Below, piece by piece: positions 7,460-16,198 of a stretch of 43,977 nt of DNA (its first letter is position 1; every line of letters starts with the position of its first letter). The stretch comes from Betaproteobacteria bacterium RIFCSPLOWO2_02_FULL_66_14 (GTDB lineage: Bacteria; Pseudomonadota; Gammaproteobacteria; Burkholderiales; SG8-39). The translations under genes were made by a program, and so were the position numbers. The notes under the pieces were generated by a model. That model was given only the letters and a program-made list of their open reading frames with translations. It ran no database searches and was not told where the DNA came from. The DNA is taken from NCBI GenBank assembly GCA_001770475.1, contig MERB01000016.1:23274-67250 (forward strand). The letters are read 5' to 3'.

Positions 7460-9936
7460 TCCGGCGCCGCGGGCGGGGCGCCGTCCATGCACGCGCGCCA
7501 GGTGTCGCGCCCTGCCGCCTTGGCGCGGTAAAGCGCCTCATCGGCTGCCTTGAGAATTCCGGCGGCTTCGCTTTCCTCCTCGCCCTGGTAGAACGCGACC
7601 CCAAGGCTGGTTGAAATCGCCAATCGGTGTTCGCCGAGGTCGAATTCGGCGCGCATTGCGGCCACGATCTTCCCGGCGATGCGCTCGCCGGCCGCGCGGT
7701 CATCGAGCGCCTCCAGGATCACCGCGAACTCGTCGCCGCCGAGGCGCGCCGCGGTGTCGGTATCGCGGATGCATTGGTTGAGGCGTTTCGCGAAGCCGCG
7801 AATGAGCGCATCGCCCGCGTCGTGGCCGAAGCTGTCGTTGATGCGCTTGAACCGGTCGATGTCGAGGTACATCGCCGCCATCAGCGTGCGGTTGCGCCGG
7901 CTGCGCGCGATCGCGCGTTGCATGCGGTCGTGAAACAGGTTCCGGTTGGGCAGCCCCGAGAGCGCGTCGTGCCCCGCCTGGTGCGCGAGTTCCAGTTCCA
8001 GGCGCTTGCGGTGCTCGATATCGGCATTGGTGCCGGCCAGCCGCAGCGCGCGGCCGCGGCCGTCGCGCGCCACGACCCGGCCGCGGCTGCGGATCCACAT
8101 CCAGTCGCCCGAAGGCTTGCGCACGCGATGCTCGATGTCGTAATGCGTCGCCTTGCCTTCGAGCACCTCCTGCAGGTGCCGGCGCAGCGCCGGGAGGTCA
8201 TCCGGGTGCACGAGCGCCTCGAGCTCCGGCGGCGTGTGCGAGACCGCCGCAGGCGCCTTCCCGAGCAGGGCAGACCACTGTTCGTCGAGGTATATCCGTC
8301 CCGAGCGCACGTCGAAATCCCAGAGCGCGAGGCGCGAGCCGTCGAGCGCAAGCGACAGGCGCTCCTCGTCGGCGGCGAGCCGGCGCACCAGGGGCGCGAC
8401 GCGCAAACGCAGCAGCCAGGCGCCGAGCGCCGCCAGCACCACAAGCAACAGCACTGCGGCCAGCAACTGCCGGCGCACCGGCGCATACAGCTCGGCGGTA
8501 TCCATCTTGATCACCATGGCGAGACCGGTGGCGCCGATCGGCGCGTAGGCGGCGATGACGAATCGCTCGCGATAGTCGCGCCCCACCGCCACGCCCTGCT
8601 CGCCTGCGAGCGCGTGCGCCATCGGCATCGCATCCGAGAATGCGGTCTGAAACGCGGACGGGGCCGGTCGCTGGCGCACGCAATCCAGTTCCATTGCAAG
8701 GCGCCTGCAGACCACGATCTCGGCGCTCGCCGCGAAGTCGTCCGCGTTGCCGAGGGCGCGCGTCAATGCCTCCAGGCGCTGCTCGCTCACGACCACCCCG
8801 ACCGGCTCGCCGTTCAGGCTCACCGTCACGCGGTCGTAGAGCACGAAGCCGTCGTCCCAGAGCAGCGCCGAGCGATGCGCACCCGCAATGGGGAGCACGA
8901 GTGCCGGGACCTCCAGCTGCCGTCCCGCGGCGGCGTGCCGCGCGCCGTGCAGGCCGTGGAACGCGATGCCGGAAAATCCGAACTGCAGCGCGCTGTCCGC
9001 TTCCGCCTGCAGCGCCCGGCGCGCGGCCGCGTCGTCCGGCCGTCCCTGCAGCGCAGCCAGATTCGCGGCGATGGCCGGGCGGGTCGCCACCACGGCCGCC
9101 CGCGTCGTTCGATACTCGACCGTCGTGCGGAACGAGTCGACGCGGCCGTTGACCTGGGCCAGCAGGTTGCTGCGCGCGAAATCCTCCAATTGGTGCATGG
9201 TGACGGCGAACGCGCCAATGGCGTAGGCGCAGACGATGAGCGCGAGGATCCCGGCGCCGGCGGCGGCGATGCGCCGATCCTCGCGTTCGATCACGGTACG
9301 ACTGCGGTACCATGCCATTCGCCGCGCGCACAGCCACAATGCCACGCTCAGAGCGACGAACCCCGCAGCCGTATGCAGCGCCATCGGACCGAACGGATAG
9401 TCCGCGAAGATCAGCGCGAAACGCAGCGCCTGGCCCGCGATGCCGATCGCGGCGAGCGTGACGGTCGCAAGCGCGAGGCCCTGCACCGCGACGCCCTGCC
9501 AGGCGGCGCGCACCCGGTGCAGGAGGACGAGCGCCGCGCCAACGCACATGAATGCGGCCGCGGCAGGCGCCGCCATCCGCCCGGGGTGCGGATTGTCGTC
9601 GGTGAGCCAGCGGTGCAGCTGCGGCCAGTCGATGCCGAGCGAGCGCCCGGAGAGATATTCGGCCAGCACCAGCGCGCTCACCAGGATGAGCACGGTGCCG
9701 AGCACCGTTCGCAGTCGTTGCAGGCGCGCCTCGGGCACGAGGCCTTCGGCGCCAAGCGCCAGCCCGGCGAGCGCAAAGCACAGTGCCGTGTTGAACACCA
9801 TCAGCGTGCCGGGCACGGCGCGCAGGATCGCGGGCTCGCGCAGCAGCCAGCCTGTCATGACGACAGCCGCCACCGCGACGATGCCCCAGCCGATCAGGCC
9901 CGACGCAGGCAGTTTCATGCCAAATGGCTCGCGCAT
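7447..9936 (-). CDS. membrane sensor diguanylate cyclase (multi-TM N-terminal domain, extracytoplasmic domain, PAS, GGDEF)
   Basis: 829-aa ORF. The C-terminus reads LSGLPNRNLF...YLDIDRFKRINDSFGHDAGD...RDTDTAARLGGDEFAVIL, giving an intact GGDEF and an RxxD I-site 5 residues upstream. A PAS-like segment is present (LALWDFDVRSGRIYLDEQW...HPDD...). No EAL domain was seen. The start could instead be the ATG at 9918 (MKLPASG). Confidence 0.88.
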   Translation of the reverse strand: MREPFGMKLPASGLIGWGIVAVAAVVMTGWLLREPAILRAVPGTLMVFNTALCFALAGLALGAEGLVPEARLQRLRTVLGTVLILVSALVLAEYLSGRSLGIDWPQLHRWLTDDNPHPGRMAAPAAAAFMCVGAALVLLHRVRAAWQGVAVQGLALATVTLAAIGIAGQALRFALIFADYPFGPMALHTAAGFVALSVALWLCARRMAWYRSRTVIEREDRRIAAAGAGILALIVCAYAIGAFAVTMHQLEDFARSNLLAQVNGRVDSFRTTVEYRTTRAAVVATRPAIAANLAALQGRPDDAAARRALQAEADSALQFGFSGIAFHGLHGARHAAAGRQLEVPALVLPIAGAHRSALLWDDGFVLYDRVTVSLNGEPVGVVVSEQRLEALTRALGNADDFAASAEIVVCRRLAMELDCVRQRPAPSAFQTAFSDAMPMAHALAGEQGVAVGRDYRERFVIAAYAPIGATGLAMVIKMDTAELYAPVRRQLLAAVLLLVVLAALGAWLLRLRVAPLVRRLAADEERLSLALDGSRLALWDFDVRSGRIYLDEQWSALLGKAPAAVSHTPPELEALVHPDDLPALRRHLQEVLEGKATHYDIEHRVRKPSGDWMWIRSRGRVVARDGRGRALRLAGTNADIEHRKRLELELAHQAGHDALSGLPNRNLFHDRMQRAIARSRRNRTLMAAMYLDIDRFKRINDSFGHDAGDALIRGFAKRLNQCIRDTDTAARLGGDEFAVILEALDDRAAGERIAGKIVAAMRAEFDLGEHRLAISTSLGVAFYQGEEESEAAGILKAADEALYRAKAAGRDTWRACMDGAPPAAPDQRP

Positions 9937-9956
9937 GGCGCAATTCCGGTCGCGTG

Positions 9957-10820
9957 ATGCGCAAGGCTACCGCGTTCCGGCGTGCGCTGCTTCTTGCCGT
10001 TGCGCTGCAGGGCTGCGCGGCGACGCCACCGCCTGCGCCCGACTTCGCGTTCGCGCTGATGGGCGACATGCCGTATTCGCACGCGCAGGCCAACCTGCTC
10101 GACGAGCTGATCGCGCAAATGAACGCCGAGCCGCTCGCGTTCGTCGCGCACGTCGGCGACATCACCTCCGGCCGGGGGCCCTGCAGCGACGAGTGGCTGG
10201 AGGCGCGAAGGCGCCAGTTCGCGCGCCTCCGGCATCCGTTCGTGCTGCTGCCGGGGGACAACGAGTGGACCGATTGCCACCGCAGCGGTTTCGATCCGCT
10301 CGAGCGCCTAGCACGCTGGCGGGAGTTGTTCTGCGGGCCGGTCGCGTTGCACGCATTCCGGCGCCAGCCCGGAGCGCACTGCGAAAACGTGCTCTGGGAA
10401 GCGAACGAAATCGTCTTCGTGGGAGTGAACGTTCCCGGCAGCAACAACAATCTCGACCGCACTCCGCAAATGGACGCCGAACACTCGGCGCGAATGCGAG
10501 CCGTATTCGGCTGGCTCGAGGAAGCGAAGACTCTCGCGCAGGGGCGCGGCGCGCTCGTGGTGCTCATGCAGGCCGACCCGTTCCTCGCGCCGCGCGCGGG
10601 GCCGGACGGCTTCGCGTCGCTGCGCGATTGGCTGCGCCGCGCGGCGCAGGATTCTTCGCCGAGGATTCTGCTGGTCCACGGCGACACGCATTTTTTCCGC
10701 GACGACGAACCGCTTCCGCGGCTGCGTCGTGTCGTGGTGCCGGGTTCGCCGCAGGTTCGCTGGCTGCGCGCATCCGCGGTGCGCGGTGAATTTCGCATCG
10801 AGGTCGCCGATCCGCCCTGA
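9957..10820 (+). CDS. metallophosphoesterase family lipoprotein
   Basis: In ORF 9924..10820. The ATG at 9957 gives MRKATAFRRALLLAVALQGC, a lipobox. Phosphoesterase-type motifs are present: LMGDMPY, HVGDITS, LPGDNEW. Confidence 0.75.
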   Translation: MRKATAFRRALLLAVALQGCAATPPPAPDFAFALMGDMPYSHAQANLLDELIAQMNAEPLAFVAHVGDITSGRGPCSDEWLEARRRQFARLRHPFVLLPGDNEWTDCHRSGFDPLERLARWRELFCGPVALHAFRRQPGAHCENVLWEANEIVFVGVNVPGSNNNLDRTPQMDAEHSARMRAVFGWLEEAKTLAQGRGALVVLMQADPFLAPRAGPDGFASLRDWLRRAAQDSSPRILLVHGDTHFFRDDEPLPRLRRVVVPGSPQVRWLRASAVRGEFRIEVADPP

Positions 10821-10841
10821 GTTTTCGAACGGCCGCGTGCC

Positions 10842-10855
10842 TTGACCTGGATCAA
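10842..10855. promoter_or_regulatory. FNR/Dnr-type box TTGACCTGGATCAA upstream of the CbcL-like gene
   Basis: The palindrome is centred ~75 bp upstream of the ATG at 10924. It is identical to the box at 21326-21339. Confidence 0.75.
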
Positions 10856-10923
10856 CCGTCACCCGGCCGTCCATCTTTAAGGTACGGGGCGCCTGCAATT
10901 ACCCGGTTCAGAGGCCCCAATCG

Positions 10924-12909
10924 ATGAAGTGGTATAGCACAGGACTTTTGTCCGTCGGCCTGGTCGCGGTGCTGGTCGCGCTCGTCGCGTCGCCTGCGTT
11001 GACGCAGCAGTCGGCCAAGCCCGCCGAGACAGCGGCCGCGCCCGCGGCAGTGGCCGATGAACGTCCCGACAACGAGTCCTGCCTCGCCTGCCACGGCAAC
11101 GAGGGCTTCGAATCCGACGGGCCGAACGGCAAGAAGCGCGACCTCCACGTGAACGCCGAGCGCTTCGGGGGCAGCGTGCACGGCAAGCGGCTGTGCGTCG
11201 AGTGCCACAAGAACATCACCGAAGTGCCTCACGAGCCCGTGCAGGTCCGCGTGAGCTGCGTGCAGTGCCACGAGGATCTGTGGGCGGAGGCGGAGCGCGA
11301 CGGCAAGACGAAGGACCATTCGCGCCTGGGCGTGGTCGTCGAGCAGATCAAGCATTACATGCGTTCGATCCACGCCCGGCCGAGCCGCGCCGACCAATCG
11401 CGCACCAACGCGACCTGCTACAACTGCCACGAAGCGCATTACGTGTCCCCGGTCGGCAGTACCGGACGCGCGGACTGGCGCCTGGGCATTCCCGACGCCT
11501 GCGGCAAATGCCACGTCAAGCAGCGCGAGGAATACGCCCAGTCGGTCCACGGCAAGGAAGTCCTCGAGAACAAGAACCCGGTCGCCGCGATCTGCTCGGA
11601 CTGCCATACGACGCACGACGTGGAATCGGCGAAGCTCGACGCGAGCCGCCTCGTCATTACCAGGAACTGCGGCAATTGCCACCACGATGCGCTGAAGACC
11701 TACTCGCAGACCTATCACGGCCAGGTCAACACGCTCGGCTTTGCGTACACCGCGAAGTGCTTCGACTGCCACGGCAGCCACAAGATCCAGCGGGTCGCGG
11801 ATGCCTCGTCCACGGTGCACCGGGACAACCGCCTGCAGACCTGCAAGCAGTGCCACAAGGACGCGAGCGCCGGATTCGTCTCGTTCCAGCCGCACGGCGA
11901 CCCGCACGACCGCAAGGCCTATCCGCTGCTTTGGGGCACCTACGTCTTCATGATCGCGCTGCTTGCGGGCGTGTTCACGTTCTTCTGGTCGCATATCGCG
12001 CTGTGGTTCTACCGCGAGTACAAGGAACGCAAGGCACGTCTGGCGCGGCCGCACGTCGTGCTCGATGCGTTGCCCGAAGAATTCAAGGGCAAGCAGATCC
12101 AGCGCTTCGAACTGCCGTGGCGGATCGCGCACCTGCTGCTGCTGCTGAGCGTCATGGCGCTGGTGCTGACCGGCACCTCCGTGCTGTTCGCGCACACCGA
12201 GTGGGCGCCGATGGTGATGAGAAACCTCGGAAGTCCCAAGGTCGCGGCGCTGATCCACCGTGCCGCCGCGGCGTTGTTCATGGGCCTGTTCGTGTGGCAC
12301 CTGGTGTACCTCGCGATCCGCATGGCCCGCAGCGGCACGCCGTTCGACGTCTTCGGGCCCACATCGCTCGTGCCCAATCTTCAGGACCTGAAGGACATCG
12401 TGGCGATGTTCCAGTGGTTCTTCGGCAGGGCGCCACGGCCCAAATTCGATCGCTGGACGTACTGGGAGAAATTCGACTACTGGGCGGTGTTCTGGGGCGT
12501 CGGCGTGATCGGCGGCAGCGGCCTGGTGCTCTGGTTCCCGACGGTCGTCGCCACGTTCCTGCCGGGCTGGATCTTCAACATCGCGACCATCTTCCACGGC
12601 GAAGAGGCGATCCTCGCCGCGGTGTTCCTGTTCACGGTGCACTTCTTCAACAACCACTTCCGGCCGGACAAGTTCCCGATCGACGTCGTCATGTTCACCG
12701 GGCGCGTGTCGATCGAGGAGTTCAGGCACGAGCACGCGCTGGAATACAGGCGCCTGCTGGAAAGCGGCGAGTTGCAGAAGTACCTGGTGGACGCGCCGTC
12801 CGAGCCGCTGACGCTCGGCTCCAAAGTCCTCGGATTCACACTCATCACCATCGGCCTGATCCTGCTGTTGCTGGTCGTGACCGGATGGGTCAGCGGCATC
12901 ATGCAGTGA
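10924..12909 (+). CDS. nonahaem cytochrome c fused to a multi-TM b-type cytochrome domain (CbcL-like inner-membrane quinol/quinone oxidoreductase)
   Basis: 661 aa with a signal/anchor helix. It has nine CxxCH motifs (CLACH, CVECH, CVQCH, CYNCH, CGKCH, CSDCH, CGNCH, CFDCH, CKQCH). About six hydrophobic segments follow, with conserved His (RIAHLL, LIHRAA, VWHLV, FHGEEA, TVHFF), as in FdnI/HydC-type dihaem b cytochromes. Confidence 0.85.
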   Translation: MKWYSTGLLSVGLVAVLVALVASPALTQQSAKPAETAAAPAAVADERPDNESCLACHGNEGFESDGPNGKKRDLHVNAERFGGSVHGKRLCVECHKNITEVPHEPVQVRVSCVQCHEDLWAEAERDGKTKDHSRLGVVVEQIKHYMRSIHARPSRADQSRTNATCYNCHEAHYVSPVGSTGRADWRLGIPDACGKCHVKQREEYAQSVHGKEVLENKNPVAAICSDCHTTHDVESAKLDASRLVITRNCGNCHHDALKTYSQTYHGQVNTLGFAYTAKCFDCHGSHKIQRVADASSTVHRDNRLQTCKQCHKDASAGFVSFQPHGDPHDRKAYPLLWGTYVFMIALLAGVFTFFWSHIALWFYREYKERKARLARPHVVLDALPEEFKGKQIQRFELPWRIAHLLLLLSVMALVLTGTSVLFAHTEWAPMVMRNLGSPKVAALIHRAAAALFMGLFVWHLVYLAIRMARSGTPFDVFGPTSLVPNLQDLKDIVAMFQWFFGRAPRPKFDRWTYWEKFDYWAVFWGVGVIGGSGLVLWFPTVVATFLPGWIFNIATIFHGEEAILAAVFLFTVHFFNNHFRPDKFPIDVVMFTGRVSIEEFRHEHALEYRRLLESGELQKYLVDAPSEPLTLGSKVLGFTLITIGLILLLLVVTGWVSGIMQ

Positions 12910-12954
12910 GCCCCACCGCGTCCTTCGGTTCGCGCCGCCGGCCATGCTTCGACC

Positions 12955-12978
12955 CGCGCTTGACATAGGTCAAGCGCG
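12955..12978. promoter_or_regulatory. FNR/Dnr-type box TTGACATAGGTCAA embedded in a 10-bp-arm palindrome (alternatively a stem-loop after the CbcL-like gene)
   Basis: The sequence is cgcgcTTGACATAGGTCAAgcgcg, with the core at 12960-12973. It lies 46 nt after the stop at 12909 and ~180 nt upstream of the ATG at 13149. No T-run follows. Confidence 0.5.
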
Positions 12979-13148
12979 TGCAGGACCTCGCTGATAGGTT
13001 CATCCGGTCGCAGGCGTCGGTTGCGCGAGGGGGACAAGCACGTGAATCGGAATCACGGGTCGGAGCGTGTGCGGGTTGATGCGAAGGTCACTTGCCTTCG
13101 GGCACCGGCACGGTTAGCCGTCCCGCGCAAGACCTGAAACCAATACCA

Positions 13149-14147
13149 ATGCCCAGGCACATCTCCCGGTTGCTGCTGCTGTTCGTCGGCGCGGGCATTC
13201 TTGCCCTCGTCGCCAGGTGGTACTTCACCGCCGATACGTTTTACCAATTCGGCCATTTCCGTGGCAAGGCGGTAGGCGAAATCGCCGCCAAGGAGCCCGC
13301 TTATCAGACCGCCCGCTATTGCGAAGACTGCCACACCGAGCGCCATGCGCAATGGTCGGCGAACAACCACAAGAGCGTGAATTGCGAAGTCTGCCATGGC
13401 GCGGCGAAGGGCCATCCCGAGAACGGCAAGCTGCCCATTCCCGCCGACACGCGCAAGCTCTGCACGCTGTGCCATGAGCGCATGGCGGAACGGCCGCGCC
13501 CGCAGCCGCAGATCGATCCGGCCCAGCACTCTCCGGGCCAGCAATGCATCGTGTGCCACAACCCGCACGCGCCCAAGCTTGCCGGCGTCGTGGCGAAGGT
13601 GGCGGGCGACGCCGCCGCGGGAGCGAAGACCCACGCCGCGCGTTGCGCCGATTGTCACGGCGCTGCGGGGGTCAGCCCGAACGACTCCTGGCCGAATCTG
13701 GCCGGGCAGCACGGCGCCTACCTCGTCGGCATCCTGGCCGCGTACAAGTCCGGCGCCCAGACCGACGCCATGATGTCGCCCATCGCGCAGGGCCTGAGCG
13801 ACGCGGAGATCCAGAACCTCGCGACCTACTACGCCGGCCTGCGCTGCGAGGCGAAACCGCGCAAGTCACGCCTCGGCGATCCTGCGGCCGGCAAGGCGCT
13901 GGCGAAGAACTGCGCCGCGTGCCACGGCGATGCGGGCATCGGGGGCAATCCTGCGTGGCCGAACATCGCCGGCCAGGCGCCGGAATACCTGGTGAATTCA
14001 CTCAAGGCATTCCGCGCCGGATTGCGCAAGGATCCAATGATGGCGGGCGTCGTCCGCGGCCTGAGCGACACGGATATCGCCAACCTCGCCGCGTTCTACA
14101 GCGCGCAGAACTGCGCCCCCGCAGCCAAAGTGAAGGAAACGCCATGA
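13149..14147 (+). CDS. membrane-anchored hexahaem cytochrome c (N-terminal tetrahaem module + C-terminal c4-type dihaem module)
   Basis: In ORF 13092..14147. The ATG at 13149 gives MPRHISRLLLLFVGAGILALVARWYF, a TM anchor. The haem motifs are CEDCH, CEVCH, CTLCH, CIVCH, then CADCH and CAACH in c4-like repeats (PNLAGQ...Y...L..Y..G...D.MM....LSD.DI.NLA.YY). Confidence 0.88.
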   Translation: MPRHISRLLLLFVGAGILALVARWYFTADTFYQFGHFRGKAVGEIAAKEPAYQTARYCEDCHTERHAQWSANNHKSVNCEVCHGAAKGHPENGKLPIPADTRKLCTLCHERMAERPRPQPQIDPAQHSPGQQCIVCHNPHAPKLAGVVAKVAGDAAAGAKTHAARCADCHGAAGVSPNDSWPNLAGQHGAYLVGILAAYKSGAQTDAMMSPIAQGLSDAEIQNLATYYAGLRCEAKPRKSRLGDPAAGKALAKNCAACHGDAGIGGNPAWPNIAGQAPEYLVNSLKAFRAGLRKDPMMAGVVRGLSDTDIANLAAFYSAQNCAPAAKVKETP

Positions 14148-14974
14148 CCAATCCGTCCGACCCATCCGGGAAGGCGCGGCGCGAATTCCTCCGGCGGCTG
14201 GGCGGCGTTGCAGTCGCGTGCACCGGGGCGGCGGCGTGCTCGGTGGCGCCACAAAGCGGCGGACCCGTCGCGGGTCCGGACCCGTCCCCGGTCAAGGATT
14301 ACGACTGGACCAAGCACCACTGGGCCTTCGGCGTCGATGCGACGAAATGCATCGGCTGCCTGCGTTGCGTGGAAGCGTGCAAGACCGAAAACGACGTTCC
14401 CGGCGACGCGCACCACTTCAATACGTGGATCGAACGCTACGTCTACCTGGAGGGAGAAACCAAGGCGCGCATCGACAGCCACCACGACCCCGTCAACATC
14501 GCCGCCTCCGGGTCGGAAAAGGAATTCCGATTCGCCAACCGCTACCAGGACGCGAAGGTGGAAAAGGCCTTCTTCGTGCCCAAGCTGTGCAACCAGTGCA
14601 CGCACCCCGCCTGCGTTCAGGTGTGCCCGACCGGGGCGACCTACAAGAGCAAGGACGGCGTGGTCCTCATCGACGACAAGTACTGCATCGGCTGCCAGTA
14701 TTGCGTGCAGGCCTGCCCGTACGGGGCGCGCTACTTCAACCCGACCAAGGGGGTCACGCAGAAGTGCTACTGGTGTTATCACCGCATCACCAAGGGACTG
14801 CGGCCGGCCTGCGTCGAGGCGTGCCCGGTGGGCGCACGCATCTTCGGTGATCGCAACGACAAGCAGAGCCCGATCAGCCTGTTCATACGCAACAACCGCG
14901 TGCAGGTCCTGCGGCCCGAATCGGGCAACGAACCGAACGTCTTCTATGTCGGCATCGACAAGGAGGTGAGCTGA
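14144..14974 (+). CDS. Tat-exported 4x[4Fe-4S] ferredoxin subunit, NrfC/PsrB/HybA family
   Basis: In ORF 13544..14974. The ATG at 14144 overlaps the upstream stop (ATGA). It has the twin-arginine motif RREFLRRLGG and four Cys clusters (CIGCLRCVEAC, CNQCTHPACVQVCP, CIGCQYCVQACP, CYWCYHRI...ACVEACP). Confidence 0.9.
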   Translation: MTNPSDPSGKARREFLRRLGGVAVACTGAAACSVAPQSGGPVAGPDPSPVKDYDWTKHHWAFGVDATKCIGCLRCVEACKTENDVPGDAHHFNTWIERYVYLEGETKARIDSHHDPVNIAASGSEKEFRFANRYQDAKVEKAFFVPKLCNQCTHPACVQVCPTGATYKSKDGVVLIDDKYCIGCQYCVQACPYGARYFNPTKGVTQKCYWCYHRITKGLRPACVEACPVGARIFGDRNDKQSPISLFIRNNRVQVLRPESGNEPNVFYVGIDKEVS

Positions 14975-16185
14975 TGGAACCCGTCGGCTTCTGGGGGCAT
15001 CTTGTCGAAATCGCCCCGTACACGGGCTATGTGTACCCCAACGAGACGGCCATTCCGTGGACCGTGCTGATCGTCGTCTATCCCTACCTCACGGGACTGG
15101 TGGCCGGCGCCTTCACGGTATCGAGTCTTTATCACGTGTTCGGCATGGAACGGTTCAAGCCGGTGGGGCAGTTCGCGCTGCTCACGGCGCTCGCCTTCAT
15201 GCTCTTCGTGCCCCTGCCGCTGCTGCTGCACCTGGGCCACGCGGAGCGGGCGTTCAATACGATGCTCACGCCACACTGGACGTCGGCGATGGCCATGTTC
15301 GGCATGTTCGCCAGTTTCTACCTCCTCCTGCTGATGCTGGAAATCTGGTTCATGTTCCGGCCCTATGCCGTGAGGAAAGCGCAGCAGACAAGCGGGTTCA
15401 TCGGCAGGCTCTGGCACCTGGCGAGCCTCGGATCCGACGACCTTTCCGCGAAGGCGATGCGTTACGACGAGAAGTGGATTTTCGCACTGGCCGTGGTCGG
15501 CATACCCTCCGCGCACGGGCTGCACGGCTACGTGGGATTCATCTTCGGCTCCCTCAAGTCCCGCGAATGGTGGTCCTCCGACCTGATGCCGGTGGTGTTC
15601 CTGTTTTCCGCGATCATCTCCGGCGTCGCGCTGCTGATCGTCCTCTACGTCCTGTCCTGCCGGTTGCGCAAGATCCCGGTTGACCTGGCGTGCCTGAAGG
15701 GCCTGGCGTACGTGCTGTGGGGTTTCGCCATGTTCACCCTGGCGCTCGAAGGGCTGGAATTCGCCAACATCATGTACAAGGGCCGCGAAGGAATCGAGAT
15801 GATCGTGCAGTACGTGACCGGCCCGCTGCTGGTGCCGTTTTTCATCCTGCAGTTCAGCTTGGGGGCGGTGATCCCGATCACGCTGCTCACCTATATGATC
15901 TGGCGGGGCACCACCGGCAAGGCGCTGATTGCTGGCGTGACGGTGAGCGCATTGCTGGTATTGTTCCAGGTCTGGATGATGCGCTGGAACGTCGTCATCG
16001 GCGGGCAGGAAATTGCCAAGACCGGCAAGGGCCTGCTCACCTATCAGATGGTTCTGTTCCACAAGGAGGGCTTGTTGACGGCGATTGCCGTGGCGATTGC
16101 GCCGCTGTTCGTATTGCTCGCGATGGTTCGTGTGCTTCCACCGTGGTCAGCCGGCGCGCATGCTCACCAACGGAGCGTATCTTGA
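14974..16185 (+). CDS. NrfD/PsrC-family polytopic membrane quinone-interacting subunit
   Basis: 403 aa and strongly hydrophobic throughout, with an NrfD-like N-terminus (WTVLIVVYPYLTGLVAGAF). The ATG overlaps the NrfC-like stop by 1 nt, and an AGGAGG lies 8 nt upstream. Confidence 0.85.
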   Translation: MEPVGFWGHLVEIAPYTGYVYPNETAIPWTVLIVVYPYLTGLVAGAFTVSSLYHVFGMERFKPVGQFALLTALAFMLFVPLPLLLHLGHAERAFNTMLTPHWTSAMAMFGMFASFYLLLLMLEIWFMFRPYAVRKAQQTSGFIGRLWHLASLGSDDLSAKAMRYDEKWIFALAVVGIPSAHGLHGYVGFIFGSLKSREWWSSDLMPVVFLFSAIISGVALLIVLYVLSCRLRKIPVDLACLKGLAYVLWGFAMFTLALEGLEFANIMYKGREGIEMIVQYVTGPLLVPFFILQFSLGAVIPITLLTYMIWRGTTGKALIAGVTVSALLVLFQVWMMRWNVVIGGQEIAKTGKGLLTYQMVLFHKEGLLTAIAVAIAPLFVLLAMVRVLPPWSAGAHAHQRSVS

Positions 16186-16198
16186 CGGGAGAGCACTG

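Noticed and set aside
5972-7492. 506-aa minus-strand and 554-aa plus-strand (5950-7614) ORFs
   Set aside because: Both overlap the HdrD/GlpC-like gene, whose frame alone shows the Fe-S and CCG Cys motifs.
7627-9957. 776-aa plus-strand ORF
   Set aside because: It is antisense to the GGDEF sensor, which has clear domain signatures. It is a shadow ORF.
8198-10855. 885-aa minus-strand ORF
   Set aside because: It spans the GGDEF gene in another frame and the oppositely oriented phosphoesterase gene. It has a low-complexity R/A/G/P/S composition and no motifs.
10852-12966. 704-aa minus-strand ORF and 591-aa plus-strand ORF (11193-12968)
   Set aside because: Both overlap the 9-haem/b-type fusion gene in other frames. 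Neither has CxxCH or TM patterns, and their composition is Arg/Asp/His/Pro-biased.
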